A stretch of 64,000 nt of DNA from the human T2T-CHM13v2.0 reference genome, Homo sapiens. Shown piece after piece: positions 44,677 through 57,740 of the stretch. The stretch lies in the NCBI RefSeq assembly GCF_009914755.1, contig NC_060935.1, one strand, 5' to 3'. The notes below the pieces were generated by a model. It was not told where the DNA came from. It saw only the letters and a program-made list of their open reading frames with translations, and searched no databases. A program made the position numbers and the translations under genes. Position 1 is the first letter of the stretch. Every line of letters starts with the position of its first letter.

Positions 44677-45639
44677 GAGTAAGGATATAAAGTGTGTACT
44701 CTGGGCACACTCACAGGCCACATTTCTTCCTTTTCTCAAGGTATTTGCACTTGTTTTTCATGTCTGCAACCCTTTCTCCAGGCTCTCCAAAGGGACAGTT
44801 TGTTCTTATTTCTCAGGACTTTTCTTAAATAGAATCTCCCCAGAGAGGCCACCCCTGAGCATCCTTATAAAGTATTTGCTTCTCGCCTTCAGTTTCTGTC
44901 TGTTATGATACTCTCTTTTTTTTATAGCATGTATCATATTCTTTAACTACCTTTAATAATATGGTTGCTAATCTATTACCTTTTACATCACTAGACAGTA
45001 AGACCCATGACAGCAGAGGGCCTTGTTCATCTTATTGCATATTTAGTCACTACTGCTTAGAATTGTGACTGAAAAATTGTGGATGCTCACAAATTCTTGT
45101 TGGATGAATGAACAAATGTCTTTGTCAAAGTTCTGGGTCAAGGAACCTCTGCAAGTATTGAAATATACATTTCCACATGGTAAATACTCTTTGAAGTGTA
45201 GGTCAGTCATGTGCACTTACAAGCAGCTTACTTTACACAACTCTGTTATAATAAGCTTACTTGTTGGGATGAATACTACACATTACCCTAAAGATGTGAA
45301 ACTCATTAAGTAACTTCAGGTTTCTATTGTTACTCTGTTAGTCAAAAAAGAAAACTCTCAGTGCATTTAACATCAAACATTATAGTCAAAATTACAATGG
45401 CTTGGTGTTTTGGTGTCAGAAAAGCCGTAATTTAAGTCCCAAAGATCCCCTTTTACAACGTTGTGACCTTTGACAAAGTCACTTAATATTTCACAGCAGA
45501 CGTTTCTCCTCTGTGAGATAAAAACAGCAATACCTAACACCACAGGGGGTTACTAGGATTAAGTGAGATAGGGGGTGGAAAGTGACTGTGTATATGAGTT
45601 AATCAATATGTGTTTATTTGCATTGTTGAATTGGCTCTT

Positions 45640-46090
45640 ACCCTGTTGCCTGTCGAGTGTTCTGCAGGATGAAGACTCTTAGGTGGATATTAGCCTGCAG
45701 GAGGTGTTTTAAGGAATACCCTGGGGATCAATAACCATGAAAAGGAAAGGAAGGGAGCCCTATCAAGGAGAGGGAGAAGCCTGCCATGCTTCAAAACAAA
45801 GGGCTACCCTTCTCCACCAAGAGATCTGGAACTGGGATAGCCCTTCAGAATTGCCCCTATTAAGTCAGGAGGGCCAGATTGTTGTACCCATACGTGGACC
45901 CACCACTGGATACAGCTGCCCAGGGAGGGGTCAGGGCCTTGGGAGAGGTGACTCTCTTTAACCCAGGCAATCCCTGTGGGAGGTTGGAATGTGGGGGCCA
46001 TCTGCCAGCCACACTCCCAGCATTCTGAGGGAATAAGTCCCTCAGTCCTGAAGAGGAGTCTGGATAAAGAACGACAGTGTCTTCAGTGTC
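45640..46090 (-). mobile_element. LTR16-family (ERVL) LTR
   Basis: ggccatctgccagccacactcccagca..gggaataagtccctcagtcctgaag is the reverse complement of the LTR16 5' end. Confidence 0.75.
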
Positions 46091-47682
46091 CTGGGTTTTA
46101 ATATAGGTCCATAAACATATCATTTTTTCAATAAATAGTTATTGAATGCCTGTTGTATGTCAGGCATAGTGTCAAACATGGGATACACAATGATGATTAA
46201 AATTCTGTTTCTGCCCCTAAGGAGTTCACAGGAAAGCATGAGAAACAGATATATATATATATATACAATGAATGTGTCTTCCACAAACCCATAGCTGAAT
46301 ACAAGTCAAGGAAGGCATAGCAGTAATAACTCCAACCTTAGTGAGAAACCCTGGAGTCATTACCAAACTTAATCTTGCAAAACACTTTTGTGTTCTGTGG
46401 CAGTTTGAATTCTCATCTCTTCTTTTAATTTTCTAAAATAGATGTAAATCAGGAATATCATTATTTAGTGACCACATCAATGAGATACCATTTTCCATTT
46501 TAAAATAAGTCACCACTCCAATGTTAGTTCAATAATTTTTATAAGGAATTGGAAACTACAGGCTAAGAATACGTTGATCTACATATCTATTCAGTTGCTA
46601 AAAAGGAACACAAATAGATTCATAAGTAATGAGATAACTGACCTTGTGCCACTAATGGTTAATACCTTCAAGTAGATATTTCCCTGTAATTGCTGCAATT
46701 AAAGATACCTTTCTGGCCCTACACTTTCTGGGTTATGAAAGTCACATATGTACCATAAACCTAGATCAATGGACATTCACCAAGCTCTATCATCACAGCC
46801 TTTCTGGGCTTCTTTTCCCAAGCACAACAGATATGGCCAACTTAAAAAAAAAAAAAAAAGAAACACTCTGTGCTTTTGAAATATGAGTGGATATAAAAGA
46901 CAGCAGGTGGCTGAAACTGGATGGAATGTTCAAATTTTAATTAAACCATCAGTGCAATTGCTAATGGTAACAGTTTGTTGAAGGAATAAATGACTGAGAT
47001 CAGTGAGAAAGTAGAATAAGTGAAGAGATTTTTTAAGACTATATTCGATGACTCACTTGGAATCATAAAAATTTAAGCTCAAGCATCTTTCTTTGCCTTA
47101 AGCAAGTCTTTCTCCTACTCTTAGTAAGGTTATGTGCCCCTTTGGGGTGCTAATATAATACTCTGTGCTTGCCTTTATTGCATGTTGTCCCCTTGTAGAG
47201 AGCATCCCTGAGTCTTTATGGGGACTTAATACATGCAGCGAGTAGGGCAATTTTATTAAAGGTCTCAGTGATCTTTTCAGTTTATATAATAATTATAAAG
47301 ACATAGTAATTGTAATTGTTGGAAATCTACTATGTACCAGATACTTTTATGGCTATAAATACATTATTTCATTCAATCTGTGTAACAGACCTCCAAGGTA
47401 GGTATTATCATTAAAGAAAAAGTGTTTAAATCATTTTGCAAGTGAGAAAACTGAGGATCAGACAAGTGAATTACCTATCCAAGATCACATAGCTAAAATA
47501 TGGTGGCACTAGCATTCAAACTTAGTCCTCTATGTATTAAAAAAACATTAAACATCAGTCATCGGCTCCTCGTGGTTACAGAATAAATTGGTGGAGGGTT
47601 GACAATAGTTTTCTTCAGGGGTGGCCCATACATAGTCTTAGAAGCAGTGTCATTGATAAAACACTTTCTCTTTAGTCTATAC

Positions 47683-47901
47683 CAGTTTTTCTCAACGTTA
47701 GCACTATTGACAAATGGGGCTGAATAGTACTCTCTTGTAAAGGATATTCCTATGCATTGGAGGGTTTTTAGGACCATCACTGGCCTTTAACCATTGTATT
47801 CTAGTAGCACTCTCTGAATTGTAATGGCCAAAAATGTCCAGACATCACGAAATGTCCCTGGGGTTGAGGAAGGGAAAATTTCCCTGTTTTAAGAAGCAGT
47901 A
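47683..47901. mobile_element. MER20 (hAT-Charlie)
   Basis: cagtttttctcaacgttagcactattgaca..aaaaatgtccagacat..; 8-bp TSD gtctatac/gtctacac. Confidence 0.88.
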
Positions 47902-48482
47902 GTCTACACACACAATACAAATTCTATCACGTGCTTCTTGCAAGGAGAGTGTTAGTGTGTGTGTGTATTTAGGGTAGGACTCCCTTTAGTTTGATTATAA
48001 TGAACTCCACCTGCAAGTGAAGTGAGAAAGAGATTTAATGAGTTGCTAAAATGTTCTAAAGTTAATATTTAAGCCAAATGGGATCAGCACTTTTCTTGGA
48101 GCAAAATGTGAAACTGAAAGACAAAAACAAGCCTTTGCAAAGGTGTTTCTGTGTTGAGTGAATCAGTCCCTGGAGTCTCACTCCACTAAACTTTACAGTG
48201 TACGTTTTCTTAATGGCAACCAGGGAAAATAGACACTAATACTGCCCCCACTGTATACAAAATTCAAGATCTTTTAACAATGCTAAAAGGAGCTATTGTG
48301 TGCCTCACACCACTGTGAGTTATACCATAAATATTCATTAAAACAGAAGTCTGGAAGCATATGCTGCTTTTACAAATAATGAGGCAGAAAGCAATCAGAG
48401 GGCTGCTTAGATGAGGTCACAGGGAGCATACTGCACTGAGGAGGCAGAGGAGACAGGTCTTCCAAGGTATCCTAAGGAAGTA

Positions 48483-50387
48483 AGTATTAACCCCTTATTA
48501 GATGTGTGGCTTACAAAATTTTTCTCCCATTCTGTAGGGTGCCTCTTCATTTTCTGATCCTTTTCTTTGCTGTGCAGAAACTGTTTAGTTTGATATAATA
48601 CCAGTTGTTTATTTTTCGCTTTTGTTGCCTGTGCTATTGGTGCCGTATTTTAAAAAAAGCATTTCTGGGACCAATATCAAGGGTATTTTCCCCATGTTTA
48701 CTTCCAGAAGTTTTATGATTTCAGATTTTACATTTAAGTCTGTAATACATTTTGAGTTGATTTTTGTGTATGGTGTAAGTAAAAGGCCTAATTTCATTCT
48801 TTTACAGGTGGATGTGCACTTTTCCTGGCACCATTTATTAAGAGACTATCTTCTCCTATTTTGTATTCTTGACACTCTTTTTTGAAAATTAGTTGACTGT
48901 ATCTACTGGGGCTTATTTCAGGGTTCTCCTTTCTATTCCATTAGTCTATGTGTCAGTTTTTATACTAGTAGCTTACAGTTTTGATTACTATACCTTTGTA
49001 GTATATTTTGAAATCAGGTAGTGTGATGCTTTCATCTTTATTCTTCTTGCTGAAGACTGCTTTGGTTGTTCAGAGTCTTTTATGGTCAATATTAATTTTA
49101 ATTTTTTTCTACTCCTGTAAAAAATGCCATTGGAATTTTGATGACAATTTCATTCAATCTGTGGATTGCTTTGGGTAGTATGGACATTTTAACAATATGG
49201 AATCTTCCAATTCATTAACATGGGATATCTTTCCATTTATTTGTGTCTGATTTATTTTTTTCATCAATGCTTTAAAATCCAAAATATACAAGAAACTCAT
49301 ATAATTGAACATCAAAATATGCCCACACACACATCACACACACACACACAAACATTAAATCACTCAATTAAAAAATGGACTAGGGACCTGAACAGACATT
49401 TCTCAAAAGATGATGTAAAATGGCCAACAAATATAGAAAGAAATGCTCAACATTACTAATCATTAGGGAAATACAAATCAAAACCATAACGAGATATCAC
49501 CTCATACATGCTAGGATGGCTATTACTAAAAAAATAAAAGATAATAAGTGTTGATGAAGATGTGGAGAAAAGAGAAACTTTGTACACTGTTGGTAGGAAT
49601 GTAAATTGGTACAGTCATTATGGAAAATAGAATGGAGGTTCCTCAAAAAATTAAACATAGAGCTATCGTATGATCCAGCAGTCTCATTTCTGGGTATATG
49701 TACAAAGAAATTAAAGTTAGGATATTGAAGATGTATATGCACGTTCCTGTTCATTGCAGCACTACTCACAATAGCTAAGATATCAAAATAACCTAAATAT
49801 CCACTGATGGCTAAATGGATAAAGAAGTCATGGTATAAACACACAATGAAATATTAACTGACCTTGAAGTAGAAGAAAATTCTATCATTTACTACAACAT
49901 GGGTGAACCTGGAGGGCATTATGTAAAATAATGTCAGACAAAAACAGATATATAAACTCATATATAGAAACTAAAATAGTCAAATTCATAGAGGCGGAGA
50001 GTAGAATACCATTGTCAGTGGCTGGGGAGAGGAGAATGTGGGGAAGTAATGGTTAAAGGATATAAAGGTTCAGTTATGCAGGATATAAATTCTGGAGGTC
50101 TAGTATACAGTAAAGTGTCTATAGCTAACAATATTGTATTGCATACTTAAAATACGCTAAGAGGGTCTTATGTTAAAGTGTTCTTACCACAAAAACAAAC
50201 AACAAAAACAATAATTATAATAAAGCAGGCAAGAGGAAACTTGTGGAGGTAATGGATATACTTATGCCCTAATGATGGTAATGATTTCACAGGCAAATAT
50301 TTATCTCCAAACTTTTCCAGATGTATACATTACATATGTACAGCTTTTTATATGTCACTCATATATAAATAAAGTGGTTTAAAAAAG
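48483..50387 (+). mobile_element. L1MA9/10-L1MB-like element with a 5' inversion: 48483-49272 on -, 49273-50387 on +
   Basis: ORF2-like [16 protein letters not shown] on -; sense ORF2 end and 3' UTR ending aataaagtggtttaaaaaa. Confidence 0.87.
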
Positions 50388-52229
50388 GAATGGGGAGTGA
50401 AAATGTAAAGGAGCCATATTTCTTGAGTTTTTCTATATGAGATGTGCACCTAATAGGTACTCAAGGAATGTTAATCACAGTCCTGTTACATTAAAAAAAA
50501 AAACTAAAGCATACACTGATTAATTAATCATCGGCACCGACCATCAAACCACTCCACATAAAAAGAGATGGCATTTAGTTCTTGCCTACCCTATATGTGC
50601 TTAGCAATGTTTTTTGGGTTATTTCACATTTTAAACTCATTTGTGATTATCGTAACCCCAAAAGTCATATAATTTTTCTTATTTTATAGATAAGAAAGGC
50701 AATGCAGAATGACTTGCCCAAGGCCATAAGACTAATAAAAAGGGCCAACATATGAATGTCTGTGAGCTCCCAACTCGATGTTCTTTTAGTTATATTACAG
50801 TATAGAGAATGCAAAATGTAATATATTTTATAGTAGTTCACATTAACTTAATTGATGTTCAAAATAATTCTTTTTGATAGGGAGGATAAGTGTTATGATC
50901 TCTAATTGTAGATGAGCAAATTGAACCTTATTCCTATTTCAAAATCGTTACTTTTTTTTATAGATATTATTAAGCTTTAAACTAGAAGAAGAGAGGCTGG
51001 ACAGAATTTCCAAGTCCCATTTCTTCTGGTTCCCAGTAGCTGAGGTCAACTCCTGGCCTCACCAGTTTTTAGCAGTGTAAATATGTAAGTGACTTACCTG
51101 TATCTAATTTCTTTTATCTACAAAATGGGAATAATAAAGCTGCCTACCTCACAGTGCGAATGTAAAAACTAAAAGAGATTATACACATAAAGAGCCTAGA
51201 AGAGGAAACTATACATAATAAAAGCTTGGTAAGTGTTAGTTACAGCTACTATTATTCTTTGATTCTGCAACATTCATTGAAGACCTACTGTATGCAAGAT
51301 GGCACATTAGTTAGCATTGGGGAATTCAGAAAATATTGAGCACTAATATGTGCTAGGCACTCTTTCAGGTGCTTGGGTTATATTAGTAAACAGACAAAGG
51401 TGACATCATTATTGTCCTTACTGAACACCTTACAGTACAACTCATATAGTAATACTGGAGTCTTGTCTAACTAATCCTCAATTGGTTGTCACTGCCAAAC
51501 CCTTCCCTAACCCTTTTATCATTCTTTCACTCGTTCTAAGTGTGCCAGGTCTCCAAGCAAGGGCAGATCCACAGATGGTGTTAAATATACATACATACAC
51601 TCTCTCTCTCTCTTTCAATATTTAATCTACACAGGTACTGAGTTAATAAGCTCATGCATAACCTCCCAATTAATCCTCATAACAGCCATGTGAAATGCAT
51701 TCTTTTATAATGCTCACTTAACAGATGAGAAAAACGAGTCTCAGAGAGGCTAAGTAACTTGTCTGAAGTCATATAGCCAGTGAGTAACCTGTCTGTCACT
51801 GGAAATAAGTCATCTGACTCCAGGCCTTTTCAGATGACCCTCTGTATTTACTTTCTTGTTCTGGTCAGGCACTCCTGTCAGTATTCCATCCATGCTTTTT
51901 TCTTTGGAAACAGTAATCCTTCAGGGAATGAAAGCGTAACTCTATCTTTTCAAAGGTAAGAGAACCCTCTTGGGAAGTGAAAGCTCAATCATCAGCTAAA
52001 GACAAAAAAAAACAAAAACAAAAACTAAGAAGTCAAAGAGCCACGATTTGAATCCAGATTTGACACAAAATGTTTTCACATGTATTTTCCTCTCAGGAAA
52101 ATATTAGATATTTGCCAGGCAAACATTCAATGGAAACATATTCACAAAGAGCATGAAAAAATATGCCCAGAAGTATGAAATAGCATGGAATATTAGATGG
52201 TATTTTAGCATGGACTATGTGGGGACATT

Positions 52230-52400
52230 CTAGTGCATTCTTTCTTATCTGGCAGTGTCCATTAAAATTACCTGTGTATATGTTTCAAAATAGAGACTCT
52301 AAGTGCCCACCTCAATTTACTGCATCAGGATTTAAGTGTGTGTATTTTGAAAAAAAATCTTCCAAATGAATCTGATACATACTTTCTTCAGAGCCAATTA
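52230..52400. mobile_element. MER5-like DNA transposon remnant
   Basis: cattaaaattacctg..cccacctcaatttactgcatcagga..tgtattttgaaaaa..ccaaatgaatctgat. Confidence 0.5.
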
Positions 52401-52653
52401 TTTGAGTTTTCTAATAGAATTTAAATTGTGGAATAGGCACAAGAATTAGAACTCATTGTGGAATAGCAAAGTAAACACAGACATTAAATACAAAGATTTA
52501 TAAACATTTCTGCTTTGAAATGATGCTGTTACATTTCCATGTGTAGTACATATCCTATAGTAAATTCATCTAGAGCTGTAAAGCTTCTATTATGGAGAGA
52601 TTCCACTAGTACATAGAGTTTTACATTTTTTTATTTGATTAAGTTCTGCAATC

Positions 52654-52655
<2 letters not shown>

Positions 52656-52686
<31 letters not shown>
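52656..52686 (+). repeat. (TG)15 microsatellite
   Basis: Perfect dinucleotide run, seen directly. Confidence 0.97.
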
Positions 52687-52688
<2 letters not shown>

Positions 52689-53616
52689 TTTACAGGCTCA
52701 TTTTACCTTAGAAATTGTATAGTAGTTTGGAAATGAGAGTCAGATATATGAATATACCCCACATAAACCTTCTAACCGAATTATTCTCCCTACCTATGAA
52801 TCTTCTCCTTTCTTGTCTTTCCCTTTAGTACTATTTGGAAAATTAGCCTTCAGCCTTGTATATTCTTCTTTCAAGTATGGTTCTCTAGGAAAGTGGGAGT
52901 AAGGAACAAATCAACATGAAAACTGTTTTCAAGTCATTATGTTAGATTGGCTTTAAGAAATGTGGAGAAAGAACGATAGGAATGCATTTTTCATTTCTGG
53001 TGTTTTGGGTGTTTAGCATTCTCAAGTTGACAGTGTGAAGAAACTGAAAATAAGGGCCCCTGGCTGATGGAGGTGACATCATTTTAATAGATATTAAATG
53101 TCATGTGCAAAAAGTTGACACATCTAATTGAGTTTTCTCTGATATTAATCAAATTAACTGACATGGAAAGTTTCTAAGCCTAATGAACATAGGCTGCTGT
53201 CCAAACCAGTTACCACTGAAACACATGCAAAGATGGACAGATCTAATTGTGCTTTATGAGCTTGGTGTTCAGATACTTGAGAAGAAGTTTCAGTTGAAAC
53301 AAAGATCTGGGGGCTTTGTGTATTGTAGTTCACTACTGACGTGTGTTTTCATGGAATCAGATTGAGTTCATAGACAGTAAGGATTGTGTCTTGTTACACA
53401 TCCCCACTGTCCAGGGTTCTTAGGGCTCAAGTCTGCTTGTCAAAGAGGAGGCCCTCAGGAAAGGGCTGATGAGGGAACAGAAAAATGGAAATAAATTCCT
53501 ACCAACATTCTCAGGGTTGGGAGCCCTTTTAGGGCTTACTTTTCTTCAAACTCTTCATTGAAGCTCCCCCTAGAGTGGAAACAATTTCATTTCTTTGTGT
53601 TTCCAGCATAAATGCC

Positions 53617-54094
53617 TGTCCTAGATAACTTTTGCTTGTCCTTGCAGACTCACTCTATCCCTTTCCACTTTGCTCTCCGCCCAGGTGACTGGCCTTTGTT
53701 GGCTACCCACCAGTCTCCACTATGCCCTGGTTTCTGGTTAGTTTTGCCCATGGATGCCCCGGCAGGAAATAAGGGAGAGAGAGAGAGAAGTTGTGTTACT
53801 TATTCTCAGGCTCTCTTCCTACAGGCCATCTTGGACAGGTCTTATCTTCCCACCAACATTACTGATCCTTCTAAAGGATCTTTACACCAACGCTGCTTTC
53901 TCCTGCCTGGTCCCAGTAATGTTTCTCTTCCTCCTTACTCCAGGATTAAGGATAGTAACATCTTGGCTGTCCTTAGCCTGGGATGCTGCACAGTGTTCCT
54001 CCCCATAATTTTAAATATTTTCCTTATTAAACTCGCCTTGAATTATCTAATTTTGACATGGCGCTTGTTTCCTGTTGAAAATAGTACTGAAACA
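53617..54094 (+). mobile_element. LTR33-family (ERVL) solo LTR
   Basis: tgtcctagata.. start; ATTAAA; ..ttgtttcctg..actgaaaca end; similar to the copy at 29.7 kb. Confidence 0.75.
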
Positions 54095-56880
54095 AAACAA
54101 TGATCTGACCTTTTGGCCAAGGCAGGATATGCACTGGAAGGGATGCCCAGGGATGGGCTATTATACCGGTTTCAGAAAGAGAAGCAGATTGCTTAGAGTA
54201 GTACAGGACTTGTTTTATTTTTGGAGCCACTTATTTTATTTTATTTTGGGCAACTATGTTGTCTTCTCCAATCTGTGAGCAGCTACTTACAAGTTAAGAA
54301 CTTTATCTTACGCACTCCAGCCCTACCCCATTCTCTTTCTTCCTCCATTTCTCCCTATCTTTCCACTTCTCCAGCCCCACCTATCCAGATTAGGGCTCAG
54401 TTTACACAGGGTGTGACTAGGAGAACAATGAAATGCATCAATAATGCAAACTTGGAGCTAACATGATTAACCATTCCATTCACTTCTATTCTGTGGAGCC
54501 CACCCACTCTAGTCCTATAATTAACCTTGTTAATAATACAGCTCTGCATTTTGTGAGGTAGATTTAGGATGGAAAGAAAAAAGGAATGAGTGAATATTGG
54601 GGATTAGGTAGAGGTAGTCTGACTTTTAAAAATGTACATGAAACTATCAGCTGGAAAAAGAAGGAACTTAATGATTTTTATGAAAAACTATCCTTCACCA
54701 ATGGAGAGGTCAATTGATTTATAGAATAAGGTTCATTTTATCAGTGGCCATGACTTGGGCCGCTGAGAGCTGCAACATAATCGCTCCATAAATTCCCTTC
54801 ACTTTTTAGTTTACAACACACTTTTTATATCCTTTATCTTATCCATTCCAAATTTTAGGTTTGAATTCTTCAGGAGAGGAACTAGGACTCAGAGCCGGGT
54901 CTTCTGACTACCTATCTTTCTAGAACTCCCAGGAAGCCCCTCATTCCAAACCACCATGGCTCTAAACATTACATTCAGCTTAACGACTTTGACATACTCT
55001 AGAAATAGCTGCTTTTTGGCTGATTGATAAACTTAGTCCTCAACAGGAAGCAACTTGAATTAGTGCCATCATCAAGACATTATGAGAAACGACATATTAA
55101 CATAGCATCAATACCTCATTTTAAAAAGCTAGTATTTAATAGTCTTGCATTTAAAAAGCTTCACTTACTCATATTCGGTCTTTTTCTTTTCCAGTTATAG
55201 AAAGTGAGAAGTTATCTTTGGCAAACTGAAAAATGTGCTCTTTGTGGAGAGGAGTAGAAGGGTTGGGAGAGACAGAGAAACAGAGACAACAGAGACCAGA
55301 GTGAAGTGAATTTTATCCTGACAGCCCAAACTAGGTCCCACTGCTGCTGAAACTGCTCTCTGTGGGAAGCACCTACTCCACATTTGAAAACCTTTGGTCG
55401 TTTTTAGGGGGTTTAGCCCTCTCAAAGCTAGGACTCTTAGTTTTATTGGTTTACTTATTTGTTGTTTTAGGACAATGAGGATATAGGTAGGGCACAGATG
55501 GGACCATATTCTTGCTTCATTGTGTACAAGCTGGTGACGTCCCTGTGACTCAACTTCCTTATTTGTAAAATGAAAATAATAATGCACCTGTCATAGGAAT
55601 ATTGTGAGGATTAAAGAAAACAGCATTTGAAACATTTTAATTCGGTGCCCTGTTTGTTCTGTGTGTTCCAGCTCGTACCTTAAAGTACTCCCACAAGGCC
55701 TTGTATATTAACACTCCCTCAATACACACGCAAGGTTCCATCAAGGTGGGTGAGTTGGGGAAACTCTTCCATCATTACCTGTGAACACTGAGGGCCTTCT
55801 TTGCACTGGTACCACCCCGGTCTTTACTTAGTTCTTGGCACTTAAACTTGTCTTTTATTGATGAACATACATCTGCGTTTAGAATATGTTCTTGGCATTT
55901 CATTTCCCTGGATGGGACCCACAGAGCTCAGTAAGACCAAGGTTTTTACTCTTCCTGCCTCTAGCTGTTTCAGGTCAGCAAATATGACCCCATTGTCAGC
56001 CGTTTGAAACCCAATTCTCCATGGCAATTTTATTTTTATGCTGGACCATTCCCTGAAGGTAAGAGAACATTCAGATTTATAATGGATACTTTGTGATGAG
56101 TGAATTTGAGAAAAGATTTATATTTTAAATTATGGTGAACCCTTTCTGAATTTACTTGATGCCTGTATCAATAACATTCCCATTCTACTGTCTGTGTGGT
56201 CTCTGACCACATACTGCTCCTCAGGGTTTTCTGAGTGTTCAGAGCTCAGAAAACTTACGGTATAATTCTATCATGGAGGAGAGATAGGGCTGCAGCCTTC
56301 TAGATATGTAGCTAATCCACCTTAAGATATGTATTTTTTTCACCTTAGCCCAAAGATAAATATAATGCTGTTGGGAGATGGTCTTAGTCCCACTGAAACG
56401 TGACTATTAACTGTGTGAGTTTAGTTGAGTTTTTTTAACCCACCCAGGACTCTGTTTCTTTATACATAAGTAGGCAAAATAAAACCTACCTTCTGGTGTC
56501 ATCATAAAGAATAAATAAGTAATTCATTTGTATAATAAAGTTTATCATACTTCTCACCTATGCCTGACTCTGAGCTCAGTGCCGGAAAAACAAGGATGAA
56601 TGAAATCTGATTCTAGCCTGGCAGGATCTCAAAATTTGGAGAAGGAGAAAGGCAAATAAGGGGACAATCAAGAGCCCTGGAATTAGTGCTGTAAAGAAGG
56701 GAAGAATTGTGTTCTGGAGATCTAACTAACCTAGGTCTAAGCAGATTAGGGAATGCTTCCTGGATGAAAAGCCTTCTGGATGACCCCTGAGACAACATAT
56801 AGACACATAGAACTTCTTCAGGTATAGGGAGCTGGACTCAGGATGCAATGAACGTGACTCAGGATGAAGACTGTAGTCTC

Positions 56881-57257
<377 letters not shown>

Positions 57258-57299
57258 TCATACGCATAGATTCTGGTGTTAGTCCACTAGCCAGGATGG

Positions 57300-57740
57300 G
57301 GATTCATGTGCTACCGGTGTGCCCCTGCACAGTTATTTACCTCTCTAAGCCTTGCTTCCTCAGCTGTAAACGTGGTATAACAGTAATTCCTGCCTCAAGG
57401 GCTACCGAGGGGATTTAACAGAAATTGCTAGCATATTAGCTGGCACATGGTAAGTACTCTACTAATGGAACTATTATTTATAATGATCACTAATCTTTCA
57501 TGAATAATAAGGTTAATAATAAGTAACACTAATATAGTGCTTACTATGTGTCAGGCACTATACTAAGCATTTTACATATATTCATTCATTTAATCTTCAC
57601 TACAATACTATGAAGTCAGTACTACTATCATCCTCACGTATAGGTGAAGAAGTAATTTCACAAGTCACACAACTAGTAAGAAGTGGAGCCGGGATATGAT
57701 TCTCAGAAATTTGACTTCAACATCTGTATTCTTAAATACT
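57300..57740. mobile_element. Tail-to-tail MIR pair
   Basis: agttatttacctctctaagcct..tggcacatggtaagtactc (+); tagtgcttactatgtgtcaggcact..catttaatcttcac (-). Confidence 0.75.

Noticed and set aside
53612-54103. 163-aa ORF, the longest outside the ORC3 copy
   Set aside because: Coincides with an LTR33 solo LTR; no recognisable domain; weak start context
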